Assembly: GCF_039812165.1 (NCBI RefSeq)
Contig: NZ_JBDIAB010000001.1
Location: 5,193-69,192 of the forward strand
Length of the DNA stretch: 64,000 nt
Origin: Microbacterium sp.
Lineage (GTDB): Bacteria; Actinomycetota; Actinomycetes; Actinomycetales; Microbacteriaceae
Reading direction: 5' to 3'
The first letter of the stretch is position 1. Every line of letters begins with the position of its first letter. A program made the translations under genes and the position numbers. The notes beneath the pieces were generated by a model. The model did not search any database, had not been told where the DNA came from, and was given only the letters and a program-made list of their open reading frames with translations. This document shows positions 8,044 through 17,732 of this stretch, one piece after another.

Positions 8044-9314
8044 CGGCTGGTCCCCTCGGTGTCGGCGAGCGCGCTGTCGAGGGCGCCCGCGTCGATGATG
8101 TGCCCCATGCGATCGCGCTTGGTCGCGAGGTACTGGTGGTTGTTCGGGCCGACGCCGACCAGCAGCGGCACCTGCTCGACGACGTTCAGGCCCAGCTCGG
8201 TCAGCTGGCTCACCTTGTTCGTGTTGTTCGTGAGCAGGCGGATGCGGTCGACGCCGAGGTCGGCGAGGATGCCGGCCGCCGCGGCGTAGTCGCGCGAGTC
8301 GGCCGGCAGGCCCAGGGCGAGGTTGGCGTCGACGGTGTCGAGTCCGCGCTCCTGCAGGCTGTACGCGCGCAGCTTGTTGATGAGGCCGATGCCGCGACCC
8401 TCGTGGCCGCGCATGTAGATCACGACGCCGCCGTCGCGCTCGATCGCGTCGAGCGCGGCGTCGAGCTGTGGGCCGCACTCGCACTTGAGCGAGCCGAACG
8501 CCTCGCCGGTCAGGCACTCGGAGTGCACGCGCACGAGCGGCACGCACTCGCTGAGGTCGCCCGCCACGACCGCGATGTGGTCGGTGCCGGTGATGCGGTC
8601 CTTGTAGGCGAGGAAACGGAACGTGCCGTGCGAGGTCGGCACCTGAGCCTCCGCACGCAGGCTGACCCGCCGCCGGTGCGGGTTGTGGGCCTGCACGGGC
8701 GCCTGCTCGACGCCGTCGAGGTGCGCGATCAGCTGCTCGATCGTGATGACGGGGACGCCTTCGCGCTCGCCCATCTCGAGCAGTCCCGGCATCCGCATCA
8801 TGCTGCCGTCCTCGGCGACGACCTCGCCGATCGCGCCCACGGGCTCGAGGCCGGCGAGCCGCATGAGCTCCACGGCCGCCTCGGTGTGGCCGGCGCGCTC
8901 GCGCACGCCGCCGTCGACGGCGCGCAGCGGGAGGATGTGCCCGGGGCGGATGACGGATGCCGGCGTCGACGACGGGTCGGCCAGCACGTTGAGGGTGTGT
9001 GCCCGGTCGGCGGCGCTGATGCCGGTCGACACGCGGTCGGCCGCGTCGACGCTCACCGTGTAGGCGGTGCCGCGCGAGTCCTCGTTCACGGCGACCATGG
9101 GTGGCAGGTCGAGCCGGTCGGCCCAGTCGGCGGGCATGGGCGCGCACAGGAAGCCGCTCGACCAGCGGATCGTCCACGCCAGCCATTCCGGGGTGGCGAG
9201 CTCGGCGGACAGGATGATGTCGCCCTCGTTCTCGCGGTTCTCGTCGTCCGCGACGATCACCGGACGTCCGGCGCGCAGCGCGTCGAGCGCCTCGGGGATG
9301 GTGCCCAGGCTCAT
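8040..9314 (-). CDS. ribBA: Bifunctional DHBP synthase / GTP cyclohydrolase II
   Basis: [46 protein letters not shown]. Confidence 0.95.
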   Translation of the reverse strand: MSLGTIPEALDALRAGRPVIVADDENRENEGDIILSAELATPEWLAWTIRWSSGFLCAPMPADWADRLDLPPMVAVNEDSRGTAYTVSVDAADRVSTGISAADRAHTLNVLADPSSTPASVIRPGHILPLRAVDGGVRERAGHTEAAVELMRLAGLEPVGAIGEVVAEDGSMMRMPGLLEMGEREGVPVITIEQLIAHLDGVEQAPVQAHNPHRRRVSLRAEAQVPTSHGTFRFLAYKDRITGTDHIAVVAGDLSECVPLVRVHSECLTGEAFGSLKCECGPQLDAALDAIERDGGVVIYMRGHEGRGIGLINKLRAYSLQERGLDTVDANLALGLPADSRDYAAAAGILADLGVDRIRLLTNNTNKVSQLTELGLNVVEQVPLLVGVGPNNHQYLATKRDRMGHIIDAGALDSALADTEGTSR

Positions 9315-9967
9315 CGTGGGTCTCCTTCGGTGGTGAGGTCGGGGGTCGCCGCGGCGGCGGCCGCGGAGAAGCCGAACAGGCGCTGCACGTGCCGCGCGAG
9401 GATGTCGGTCTCGAGGTTCACGCGGTCGCCGGCGGTGCGCGCGCCGAGGGTCGTGACCTCGAGCGTCTCGGGGATGAGCGACACCTCGAACCAGTGGTCG
9501 GCCGCCGCGGGCTCGCTGGCCGCGCTGACCGTCAGCGAGACGCCGTCGACGGCGACCGAGCCCTTGTCGACCACGAGCGGGGCGAGCGCGGCGGGAAGTC
9601 CGATCCGCAGCACGCGCCACTGCGCCCCGGGGCGCACCTCGAGCACCTCGCCGGTGCCGTCGACGTGCCCCTGCACGATGTGCCCGCCCAGGCGTCCGTG
9701 CGCCGCCATCGCCCTCTCCAGGTTGACCGGGGTGCCCGGACCGAAGGAGCCCAGGGTCGACATGTCGAGGGTCTGCCGCATGACGTCGGCGGTGAACCAG
9801 TCGTCGCCCTGGTCGACGACGGTGAGGCACACGCCGCTGACGGCGATCGAGTCGCCGTGCGCGGCGTCCGACACCGCGAGCGGGGCCCGCACGGTGAGCC
9901 GCACGCCGTCGCCCGACGGCGCGACCGCGGTCACGGCGCCCTGTTCCTCGATGATCCCGGTGAACAT
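9311..9967 (-). CDS. ribE: Riboflavin synthase (alpha chain)
   Basis: MFTGIIEE N-terminus, [21 protein letters not shown]. Confidence 0.95.
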   Translation of the reverse strand: MFTGIIEEQGAVTAVAPSGDGVRLTVRAPLAVSDAAHGDSIAVSGVCLTVVDQGDDWFTADVMRQTLDMSTLGSFGPGTPVNLERAMAAHGRLGGHIVQGHVDGTGEVLEVRPGAQWRVLRIGLPAALAPLVVDKGSVAVDGVSLTVSAASEPAAADHWFEVSLIPETLEVTTLGARTAGDRVNLETDILARHVQRLFGFSAAAAAATPDLTTEGDPR

Positions 9968-11007
9968 CAGCGGGTCTCCTCCTCTGTGGTCTCGGTCTTC
10001 GGCCGCGCGACGATCAGCAGGTCGTCGCCGATGCGGTCGACGGATGCCACGTCCAGCCGTCGCTGCGCGGCGATCGTCTCGACGCCGACGTCGCCGACCG
10101 CGAGGCGCGGGCCTCCGATGAGCGTGGGGGCGATGTAGGCGAGCACCTCGTCGGCGAGCCCGTCGCGCAGGAACGCGCTCGCGAGCGTCGGGCCGCCCTC
10201 CACGAACACGCGCTGGACGCCGAGGTCGCGCAGCGTCCCCAGCAGCTCGGACAGGTCGGTGCCGTCGTGTCGCAGCAGGGGTCGCGGATGCCGGCGCACG
10301 GCGGCGTCCTCCGGGACGCTCCGCCGGCCGACCACGACGGGCAGCGGCTGGGCGGCGTACAGCGAGCCGTCGGGGCGCCGCGCCGTGAGGGCGGGGTCGT
10401 CGGCCAGCAGGGTGCCGATGCCCGCGACGACGGCATCCGCGTCGCTGCGCCGACGGTGCACGTCGGCGCGGGCGGCGGGTCCGGTGATCCACTGGCTCGT
10501 GCCGTCGGCCGCGGCGGCGCGGCCGTCGAGGCTCTGCGCCCACTTGACGGTGACGTGGGGGCGGCCGAGTCGCTGCACGGTGAGCCACGAGTCCAGGAGC
10601 GCCGCGCCTTCGTCGGCGAGGATGCCGGCCTCGACCTCGACGCCCGCGGCGCGGAGCCGTTCGGCCCCGCCGGACGAGACCGCGTTCGGGTCGTCGACCG
10701 CGTAGACGACGCGTGCGATGCCCGCCTCCAGGAGCGCGTCGACACAGGGTCCGGTGCGGCCGCGGTGATTGCACGGCTCGAGCGTGACGACCGCGGTGGC
10801 GCCGTGCGCCTCACCCGGCGCGAGGTGCGACAGCGCGTCGACCTCGGCGTGCGCCGTGCCCGCGCCGCGGTGCCAGCCCTCGGCGAGCACGTCGCCGGCG
10901 GGGGAGAGGACGACCGCGCCCACCTGCGGGTTCACGCCGCGCGGCCCGCGCGGGGCGAGTGCGAGCGCGCGCCGCATGGCGTCGTGTTCGCGGTCCGTCG
11001 CCGTCAT
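9967..11007 (-). CDS. ribD: Bifunctional riboflavin deaminase/reductase
   Basis: NPQVGAV, HAE, TLEPCNHRGRTGPC, KWAQSLDG, SQWITG, VEGGP. Confidence 0.95.
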   Translation of the reverse strand: MTATDREHDAMRRALALAPRGPRGVNPQVGAVVLSPAGDVLAEGWHRGAGTAHAEVDALSHLAPGEAHGATAVVTLEPCNHRGRTGPCVDALLEAGIARVVYAVDDPNAVSSGGAERLRAAGVEVEAGILADEGAALLDSWLTVQRLGRPHVTVKWAQSLDGRAAAADGTSQWITGPAARADVHRRRSDADAVVAGIGTLLADDPALTARRPDGSLYAAQPLPVVVGRRSVPEDAAVRRHPRPLLRHDGTDLSELLGTLRDLGVQRVFVEGGPTLASAFLRDGLADEVLAYIAPTLIGGPRLAVGDVGVETIAAQRRLDVASVDRIGDDLLIVARPKTETTEEETR

Positions 11008-11067
11008 CCTGTTCCTCGGTGTCAGGCTCCGGGGATCGCGGCTGGGGCAGCGCGCATCGCGCTGCCT

Positions 11068-11228
11068 CGTGCTGCCTCCCATCCGGACTCGCGAGGGTCT
11101 CGTCGAGAGACCCGTCGCATCACCGTCGGTCCCGGAGTTCCACCGGGTCAGCCCGTCCGGCCGGATGGCCGAGGGGCTCGCGGACTGTCACCGCCGGTTC
11201 GGATTCTCACCGACCCCGGAGCACGTTC
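11068..11228 (-). ncRNA. FMN riboswitch (RFN element)
   Basis: Minus strand reads CTCCGGGGTCGGTGAGAATCCGAACCGGCGGTGACAGTCCGCGA...GACCCGGTGGAACTCCGGGACCGACGGT...AGTCCGGATGGGAG, the canonical RFN motifs, upstream of ribD. Confidence 0.95.
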
Positions 11229-11413
11229 GATGCTCTGAGTGTAGTCAACGTCGCGCCCGTCGGATCATTCCCGCGAATGGACCTCGCGCGGCGCCGCCGC
11301 CCGGCGGCCGGGGCAGCGGACTCACAGGCTCTTCATCCGACGGTCATCGGAAGACCGGCCCTCGTGTCACCGGCGGATGACATCATGGAGCCAGAGCGGT
11401 CATGGGGGAACTG

Positions 11414-13165
11414 ATGGACACGGAACCGACACGATTCGACGCGCTGGCAGAGCGGCCGTACGCCGACGTGCTCATCGTGGGCGGCGGCATCAACGGGCTC
11501 GCGACGTTCCGCGATCTGGCGCTGCAGGGCGTGGACGTGGCCCTCGTCGAGCGCGGCGACTTCGTCAGCGGCGCGTCGTCGGCGTCGTCGCACATGATCC
11601 ACGGCGGCATCCGCTATCTCGAGAACGGCGAGTTCCGCCTCGTGAAAGAGGCCGTCCAGGAGCGCAACCGGCTGCTGCGTCTCGCCCCGCACTACGTCCG
11701 GCCGCTGCGGACGACGATCCCGATCTTCTCGACCTTCTCCGGCATCCTGAGCGCGCCGCTGCGGTTCCTGCGCCACGGCGCGGGCAGGCCGCGCGAGCGC
11801 GGCGCGCTCCTGATCCGCCTCGGCCTCGTGCTCTACGACTCGTTCTCGCGCGCGGGCGGATCGGTTCCGCGCCACCGCTTCCACGGCCGGCGCCGCTCGC
11901 TGGCCGAGCTCCCCGCCCTCAACCCCGAGCTGTCCTACACGGCGACGTACTGGGACGCCTCGCTCCACGACCCCGAGCGTCTCGCGGTCGACGTGCTGCG
12001 CGACGGCGAGGCCGCCGGGGCGGGCCATGCCCGTGCGGCGAACTACGTCGCGGCGGTGGATGCCGCGGGCTCGCGCGTCGTGCTCCGCGACGCCGTCACC
12101 GGACGCGAGGTCGCGTTCGCGGCATCCGTCGTCGTCAACGCCACGGGCCCGTGGACCGACGAGACCAACGCCGACCTCGGCGAGCGGACGCGGCTCATGG
12201 GCGGTACGAAGGGCTCGCACATCGTGCTCGACCACCCGGAGCTGCTGGCCGCCACCGGCGGACGCGAGCTGTTCTTCGAGAACGCGGACGGCCGCATCGT
12301 GCTGATCTACCCGCTCGAGGGGCGTGTGCTCGTGGGCACCACCGACCTCGAGCACACGATGGGCGACCCGATCGTGTGCACCGAGGAGGAGGTCGACTAC
12401 TTCCTCGACCTCATCCATCAGGTGCTGCCGGCGATCCCGGTCGACCGCTCGCACATCGTGTACCGGTTCGCGGGCGTGCGACCCCTGCCCGGCCACGGGC
12501 ACGTGACGCCCGGCTTCGTCTCGCGCGACTACCGCATCGAGGAGCGTCCGCTCGGGGGTCCCGACGCCACCGTCCTGAGCCTCGTCGGCGGCAAGTGGAC
12601 CACGTTCCGGGCCTCGGCCGAGAGCGTCGCGGACCGCGCCCTGGCCGTGCTCGCGCGGCCGCGCCTGCGCTCCACGAAGGACGTGCCGATCGGCGGCGGC
12701 AAGGGATACCCGGTGACCCCTCGCGATCGCGCCCGCTGGATCGCCGACCATGCCAGGCGGCTGTCCGCCGCTCGCGTCGCCGAGCTGCTCGACCGCTACG
12801 GCACCGTCGCCGCAGACGTGATCGCCGCGATCGAGGCCGACCCCGCCGACGCCGCGCTGGCCGCCGCACCCGCGTACAGCACGGCGGAGCTGCGCCATCT
12901 CGCGCGCACCGAGCACGTCGTGCACCTCGACGACCTCCTCATGCGCCGCACCTCGCTCGCGTTCGTCGGCGCCGTCACCGACGCGGCGGCCGCCGCGATC
13001 GCTGCGGCGATCGCGCCGGCGATGGGGTGGGATGCCGCGACCGCCGCCGCCGAGGCGTCCCGGGCGGTCGCCCGCGTGCACGCGGCCGACCCGACGTGGA
13101 ACGGCGGGGCGACGGGCCGCGCGAAGGAGGCGGATCGGGCGGCGACGGATCCGATCGGGCGGTGA
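11414..13165 (+). CDS. glpD: Glycerol-3-phosphate dehydrogenase/oxidase
   Basis: DVLIVGGGING, SSASSHMIHGGIRYLE, NATGPW, GVRPLP, GGKWTT; alternative start 11402. Confidence 0.93.
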   Translation: MDTEPTRFDALAERPYADVLIVGGGINGLATFRDLALQGVDVALVERGDFVSGASSASSHMIHGGIRYLENGEFRLVKEAVQERNRLLRLAPHYVRPLRTTIPIFSTFSGILSAPLRFLRHGAGRPRERGALLIRLGLVLYDSFSRAGGSVPRHRFHGRRRSLAELPALNPELSYTATYWDASLHDPERLAVDVLRDGEAAGAGHARAANYVAAVDAAGSRVVLRDAVTGREVAFAASVVVNATGPWTDETNADLGERTRLMGGTKGSHIVLDHPELLAATGGRELFFENADGRIVLIYPLEGRVLVGTTDLEHTMGDPIVCTEEEVDYFLDLIHQVLPAIPVDRSHIVYRFAGVRPLPGHGHVTPGFVSRDYRIEERPLGGPDATVLSLVGGKWTTFRASAESVADRALAVLARPRLRSTKDVPIGGGKGYPVTPRDRARWIADHARRLSAARVAELLDRYGTVAADVIAAIEADPADAALAAAPAYSTAELRHLARTEHVVHLDDLLMRRTSLAFVGAVTDAAAAAIAAAIAPAMGWDAATAAAEASRAVARVHAADPTWNGGATGRAKEADRAATDPIGR

Positions 13166-13264
13166 CCGGGCTCGGCGACCGCGCGACGCGCGGTGCGACC
13201 GGGCAGTATTGACGCAGCAGCATCGACCAGGGCGCGAGGGCGCGCCGCGGGAGAGGAGACGGCG

Positions 13265-14803
13265 ATGGCCGACCACGTGATCGCGATCGACCAGGGCACG
13301 ACGTCGACACGGGCGATCGTCTTCGATGCGGATGCGCGCATCGTGGCCGTCGCGCAGCGGGAGCACCAGCAGATCCTGCCCCGCGCCGGCTGGGTCGAGC
13401 ACGACCCGGTCGAGATCTGGACCAACACCGAGTGGGTGCTCGCCCGGGCGCTCGGGCAGAGCGGCCTCGCGGCAGCCGACATCGCCGCGATCGGCGTCAC
13501 CAACCAGCGCGAGACCGTCATGCTGTGGGACCGCCGCACGGGGCGGCCGGTGCACAACGCGATCGTGTGGCAGGACACCCGCACGCAGCCGCGCATCGAC
13601 GCGCTCATCGCCGAGCGCGGCGTCGGCGCGTTCGCCGACGCGACCGGTCTGCCGCTCGCCGCCTACTTCTCGGCCTCGAAGCTCGCGTGGCTGCTCGACC
13701 GCGTGCCGGGCGCGCGCGCCGCGGCCGAGGCCGGCGACCTGATGTTCGGCACGCCCGACACGTGGGTGCTGTGGAATCTCACCGGCGGCAGCGACGGCGG
13801 CATCCACGTCACCGACGTCACGAACGCCAGCCGCACGCTCCTCATGGACCTGCGGACGCTCGACTGGTCGGACGACCTCCTCGCCGTGTGGGGGATCCCG
13901 CGCGCCGTGCTGCCCGAGATCCGGTCGTCGTCGGAGGTCGTCGGCGCCGTGCGGGGACCGGTCGTGCTGCGCGGCGTGCCGATCGCCGGCATCCTCGGCG
14001 ACCAGCAGGCGGCCACGTTCGGCCAGGCGGCGTTCGACGCGGGGGAGTCGAAGAACACCTACGGCACCGGCAACTTCCTGCTCGTCGGCACCGGGACCGA
14101 GATCGTCCGATCGGATGCCGGTCTCATCACGACCGTCGCCTACCGCATCGGCGACGGGCCCGCCCACTACGCGCTGGAGGGCTCGATCGCGGTCACCGGA
14201 TCGCTCGTGCAATGGCTGCGCGACAACCTCGGGATCATCGAGCGCTCCGAAGACGTCGAGACGCTCGCCGCGACCGTCGACGACAACGGCGGCGCCTACT
14301 TCGTGCCGGCGTTCTCGGGCCTGTTCGCGCCGTACTGGCGTCCGGACGCGCGCGGCGCCCTCGTCGGCCTCACGCGCTTCGTGACCAAGGCGCACATCGC
14401 GCGGGCGGCGCTCGAGGCGACCGCGTTCCAGACGCGCGACGTGCTCGACGCCGTCGTCGCCGACACCGGGCGCGGGTCGGACGAGCTGCGCGTCGACGGC
14501 GGCATGACCCGCAACGACGCGCTCATGCAGTTCCAGGCCGACATCCTCGGCATCACGGTCGTGCGCCCGCAGGTCGTGGAGACGACGGCGCTCGGCGCCG
14601 CCTACGCGGCCGGGCTCGCGACCGGCGTGTGGCGCGGGCTCGACGACCTGCGCGCGCACTGGCAGGAGGAGCGTCGGTTCGAGCCGCTCATGCCCCGCGA
14701 CGAGGCCGACCGTCGCTACCGGCTGTGGCGCAAGGCGGTGTCGAAGTCGCTCGACTGGGTCGACGACGACGCGCGCATCATGGCCGGCACGACCGGTCCG
14801 TGA
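13265..14803 (+). CDS. glpK: Glycerol kinase
   Basis: [41 protein letters not shown]; GAGGAG RBS. Confidence 0.96.
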   Translation: MADHVIAIDQGTTSTRAIVFDADARIVAVAQREHQQILPRAGWVEHDPVEIWTNTEWVLARALGQSGLAAADIAAIGVTNQRETVMLWDRRTGRPVHNAIVWQDTRTQPRIDALIAERGVGAFADATGLPLAAYFSASKLAWLLDRVPGARAAAEAGDLMFGTPDTWVLWNLTGGSDGGIHVTDVTNASRTLLMDLRTLDWSDDLLAVWGIPRAVLPEIRSSSEVVGAVRGPVVLRGVPIAGILGDQQAATFGQAAFDAGESKNTYGTGNFLLVGTGTEIVRSDAGLITTVAYRIGDGPAHYALEGSIAVTGSLVQWLRDNLGIIERSEDVETLAATVDDNGGAYFVPAFSGLFAPYWRPDARGALVGLTRFVTKAHIARAALEATAFQTRDVLDAVVADTGRGSDELRVDGGMTRNDALMQFQADILGITVVRPQVVETTALGAAYAAGLATGVWRGLDDLRAHWQEERRFEPLMPRDEADRRYRLWRKAVSKSLDWVDDDARIMAGTTGP

Positions 14804-15341
14804 GGCCGCTTCCGCCCTCGAGGCGAAACAGCCGGCAGGTCGTGCCGTAGTACGCGTCGGTGAGGCCGGCGTCGGCCATCCCGATGCGCCGGGCGACGGC
14901 CTGTGAGGCGTGATTGTCCGGGTGCGTGACGGCGAGCACGCGGGGAAGACCCGACTCGAACGCGTGGGCGAGCACGCGCGCCGCCGCCTCGGTCGCGATG
15001 CCGCGGTGCATCGCGGTGGGGTGGAGGTGCCACCCGATCTCGGTCTCGCCCGATGGCGGGAGCGGCTCCTCGTCCGCCGAGGCCGGCAGCGACTTCAGCA
15101 GCAGGTTGCCGAAGCGGGCGCCGGTCTTCCGGTCGGCGATGAGCCAGGCGCCGCGGACGCCATCGTCGAACGACGCGTACCGGGCCACCGCGGCGCGCGC
15201 CTCGGCCCGGTCGGCCATGACGCGCGGCGTGCGACCGATGTACCGCTGCACCTCCGCGCGCGAGTAGACGTCGAGCACGAAGTCGACGTCGGCGTCCGTG
15301 AACGGTCGCAGCAGCAGGCGTTCCGTCGTCAGCTCGATCAC
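14778..15341 (-). CDS. GNAT (RimJ/RimL-like) acetyltransferase
   Basis: [19 protein letters not shown]...[20 protein letters not shown]; -10 TAGGCT just upstream of GTG. Confidence 0.85.
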   Translation of the reverse strand: MIELTTERLLLRPFTDADVDFVLDVYSRAEVQRYIGRTPRVMADRAEARAAVARYASFDDGVRGAWLIADRKTGARFGNLLLKSLPASADEEPLPPSGETEIGWHLHPTAMHRGIATEAAARVLAHAFESGLPRVLAVTHPDNHASQAVARRIGMADAGLTDAYYGTTCRLFRLEGGSGLTDRSCRP

Positions 15342-15394
15342 GGGCGCGAGCCTATCCGACCGTCGCGAGCCCGGCCGACCGTCGCGGCACAATC

Positions 15395-15498
15395 GCGATG
15401 GCGCCACTTCTCTGCGATGGCGCCACATATTCGTAGGGGCCGAAGCAGGGAACTGGCGCCGACCTCGGGCTCCTTCCGGTTGGCGACACCTTTCTGCG
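15395..15498. repeat. Intergenic repeat cluster, same family as 54634-54945
   Basis: GCGATGGCGCCAC twice (15395, 15414); CAGGGAACTGGCGCCGA 15446-15462 is identical to 54731-54747; TTGGCGACACCTTTCTGC 15480-15497 matches 54634-54651 at 17/18. Confidence 0.8.
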
Positions 15499-15539
15499 TT
15501 TCTGCACTGCGGTCGCCGGCCGGTGCCGGGCACGGCCGG

Positions 15540-16400
15540 CTACTTGAGCAGACGCGAGAGCCGCCGGTCGGCGAGGATCTTGCCGCCGGTCTGGCAGGTC
15601 GGGCAGTACTCCAGGCTGTTGTCGGCGAAGAACACCGACCGCACGGTGTCGCCGCACACGGGGCAGGCCTCGCCGCGGCGGCCGTGCACGCGCATGCCGC
15701 GGCGCTTGGCGTCCTTGAGATCGGCGGGCGGCTTTCCGGATGCCGTGGCCACGGCATCCGTCAACAGCTCGATCATCGCGTCGTAGAGCCGGTCGACGTC
15801 CGCGTCGCCGAGGCTCGTGGCGAGCGCGTACGGCGACATCCTCGCGGCGTGGAGGATCTCGTCGGAGTAGGCGTTGCCGATGCCGGCGATGATCGACTGG
15901 TCGCGCAGGACCCCCTTGATCTGCGTGCGCCTGCCGTCGAGCAGCCCGGCGAGCGTGTCGCGGTCGAAGGCGGGGTCGAGCGGATCCGGGCCGAGGCGCG
16001 CGACGCCGGGGACGTCGCGCGGGTCGCGCACGACGTAGACGGCGAGGGACTTCTTCGTGCCGGCCTCGGTGAGGTCGAAGCCGGAGCCGTCGTCGAGCCC
16101 TACGCGCAGGGCGATGGGCGTCCGGCCCGGGCGGATGACGGTGGACGGCAGCTGGTCGTACCAGCGCAGCCAACCGGCCTTGGCGAGATGGAAGACGAGG
16201 TGCGGCCCGGTCGTGGCGAGGTCGACGAACTTTCCGTGGCGCGCGGCGCCCGTGACGACCGCGCCCTTCAGGGCGTCGACCGGCGGATCGTAGGTCTTGA
16301 GCGCAGCGATGTTCGCGACCGTGACCTTCGTGATCGCGAGCCCCGCGAGCCGCTCGCCGAGGAAGTCGACGAGCCCCTGCACCTCCGGCATCTCGGGCAT
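15540..16400 (-). CDS. Fpg/Nei-family DNA glycosylase
   Basis: MPEMPEV N-terminal catalytic Pro, H2TH DQSIIAGIGNAYSDEIL, zinc finger CPVC...CPTCQ. Confidence 0.93.
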   Translation of the reverse strand: MPEMPEVQGLVDFLGERLAGLAITKVTVANIAALKTYDPPVDALKGAVVTGAARHGKFVDLATTGPHLVFHLAKAGWLRWYDQLPSTVIRPGRTPIALRVGLDDGSGFDLTEAGTKKSLAVYVVRDPRDVPGVARLGPDPLDPAFDRDTLAGLLDGRRTQIKGVLRDQSIIAGIGNAYSDEILHAARMSPYALATSLGDADVDRLYDAMIELLTDAVATASGKPPADLKDAKRRGMRVHGRRGEACPVCGDTVRSVFFADNSLEYCPTCQTGGKILADRRLSRLLK

Positions 16401-16492
16401 GCGCCCATCCTCGCACGCAGCTCCGACGATGCCCAGGTGTTGCACGGCCGCGAGCCGCTGGCCCTCGGGCTAGGTTCGCCGCGCCCGCTGGT

Positions 16493-16561
16493 CATAACTC
16501 AGGCAAGACGGCGGCTCGGCCCGGCCGAGCAGTCTCTGACGGCTGTTCTGCCTGAGTTGTG
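16493..16561. repeat. REPIN-like inverted-repeat doublet, left flank of the DUF559 gene
   Basis: CATAACTCAGGCA (16493-16505), 43-bp spacer with an internal GCTCGGC/GCCGAGC hairpin, TGCCTGAGTTGTG (16549-16561). Confidence 0.85.
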
Positions 16562-16719
16562 CGCGCTGCCGCGATGGTTCCGGGAGATGCCGGGTGTCCG
16601 TTACCTCTTGCGAGACCTCAAACCGAAGAGTCCTCCTCCACAAGCGGCCAATCCCAGCAGCTCTGCACATTCTCGGGAACGAGCCTCTTGGCGGCTTCGG
16701 ATGGGTCCACCCTGGGAGG

Positions 16720-17583
16720 ATGCTGCGATCGCGGGTCGAAAAGGGAACGGTCCTGACCCGTGCCGATCTGCTCTCCGCGGGCATGCGTCCGAGGCAGATC
16801 ACGGCCGCGGTGGGGAACGGGAGCCTTCAGCGACTCCGCCGCGACAGGTACCTCGCGGAACCGCTCGACGGCGTCGGCCAGGCCGTTCGGGTGGGAGGTC
16901 GACTCGCCTGCGTGTCGATGCTGGCGCCGCTCGGGGTCTTCGTCCTCGACAGCTCACGGCTGCATGTCCATGTCGAACGTTCGATGTCCCGGTTGCGCTC
17001 GCCCCACGATCGTCTGCGTGGACTGGACCAGAACTCTCGGCGGGAACTGGACCTGCACTGGTGGCCGTTGCGAGGAGACGACGCCACACTCGGCCACGTC
17101 GGACTCCTCGATGCCGTGTGCCAGGCGATCAGGTGCCAGCCCCCGCGCGCCGCGGTCGCGACCATCGACAGCATCCTTCATCTCGGTCTGATGACACGAG
17201 CGGAGATCCGCGACCTCTTCGGATGCCTGCCCAAGCAATACCGCATCATCCTCTCTCTGACAGACGGAATCGCCGAGTCCGGCCCGGAGACGTTCATGCG
17301 CCTGATCCTCCGGCAACTCGGGCTGCGCTATCGGACGCAGGTGACGATTCCGGGCGTGGGCCGAGTGGACTTCCTCGTCGAGGGATGGCTGATCATCGAG
17401 TGCGACAGCAGGGCGCACCATGAAGGCTGGGAGAAGCAGCGTCAGGACCGACGCCGTGACCTGGCTGCCGCCGCGCTCGGCTACGCGACGCTCAGGCCGC
17501 TCGCCGAGCACCTCATGTACGACCCCGCTGTGGTCATCTCAGCCGTGCGCGGAATCGCTCGCACCCGCCGCCGCGCGGCGTAG
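16720..17583 (+). CDS. AbiEi-like N-terminal wHTH plus C-terminal DUF559/Vsr-like PD-(D/E)xK endonuclease
   Basis: N-terminal TRADLLSAG...GSLQRLRRDRY; C-terminal ESGPET..R...QVTIPGVGRVDFLVEGWLIIECDSRAHH...DRRRD...GY..LR; visibly more A/T-ending codons than neighbours. The ORF is open back to 16594, so the start is uncertain. Confidence 0.8.
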   Translation: MLRSRVEKGTVLTRADLLSAGMRPRQITAAVGNGSLQRLRRDRYLAEPLDGVGQAVRVGGRLACVSMLAPLGVFVLDSSRLHVHVERSMSRLRSPHDRLRGLDQNSRRELDLHWWPLRGDDATLGHVGLLDAVCQAIRCQPPRAAVATIDSILHLGLMTRAEIRDLFGCLPKQYRIILSLTDGIAESGPETFMRLILRQLGLRYRTQVTIPGVGRVDFLVEGWLIIECDSRAHHEGWEKQRQDRRRDLAAAALGYATLRPLAEHLMYDPAVVISAVRGIARTRRRAA

Positions 17584-17623
17584 GCGCAGCGGGCAGGCCG
17601 GTCACGGTTCGCGGCACTATCGC

Positions 17624-17698
17624 GCGCATAACTCAGGCAGATCAAGCCCGCCTGACCTGTGAGGCCTCGTTTGGCCTCGAACTGCCTGAGTTATGCGC
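17624..17698. repeat. REPIN-like inverted-repeat doublet, right flank of the DUF559 gene
   Basis: Perfect 17-bp inverted repeat GCGCATAACTCAGGCAG (17624-17640) / CTGCCTGAGTTATGCGC (17682-17698); 43 bp between the 13-bp cores; internal GAGGCC/GGCCTC hairpin. Confidence 0.9.
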
Positions 17699-17732
17699 AG
17701 GGTGCGAGCCGGATGAGGTAGCCGCCTGGACG

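Noticed and set aside
11333-14659. Very long antisense or alternative-frame ORFs (e.g. 1108 aa minus here, 32779-35385, 38988-41654, 14910-17423)
   Set aside because: They are shadow ORFs typical of high-GC DNA: Arg/Ala/Gly-rich, without motifs, and overlapping clearly identified genes.
16493-17698. Classical IS element with terminal inverted repeats
   Set aside because: No DDE, HUH or serine transposase motif and no target-site duplication; each end carries a complete inverted pair rather than a single TIR.
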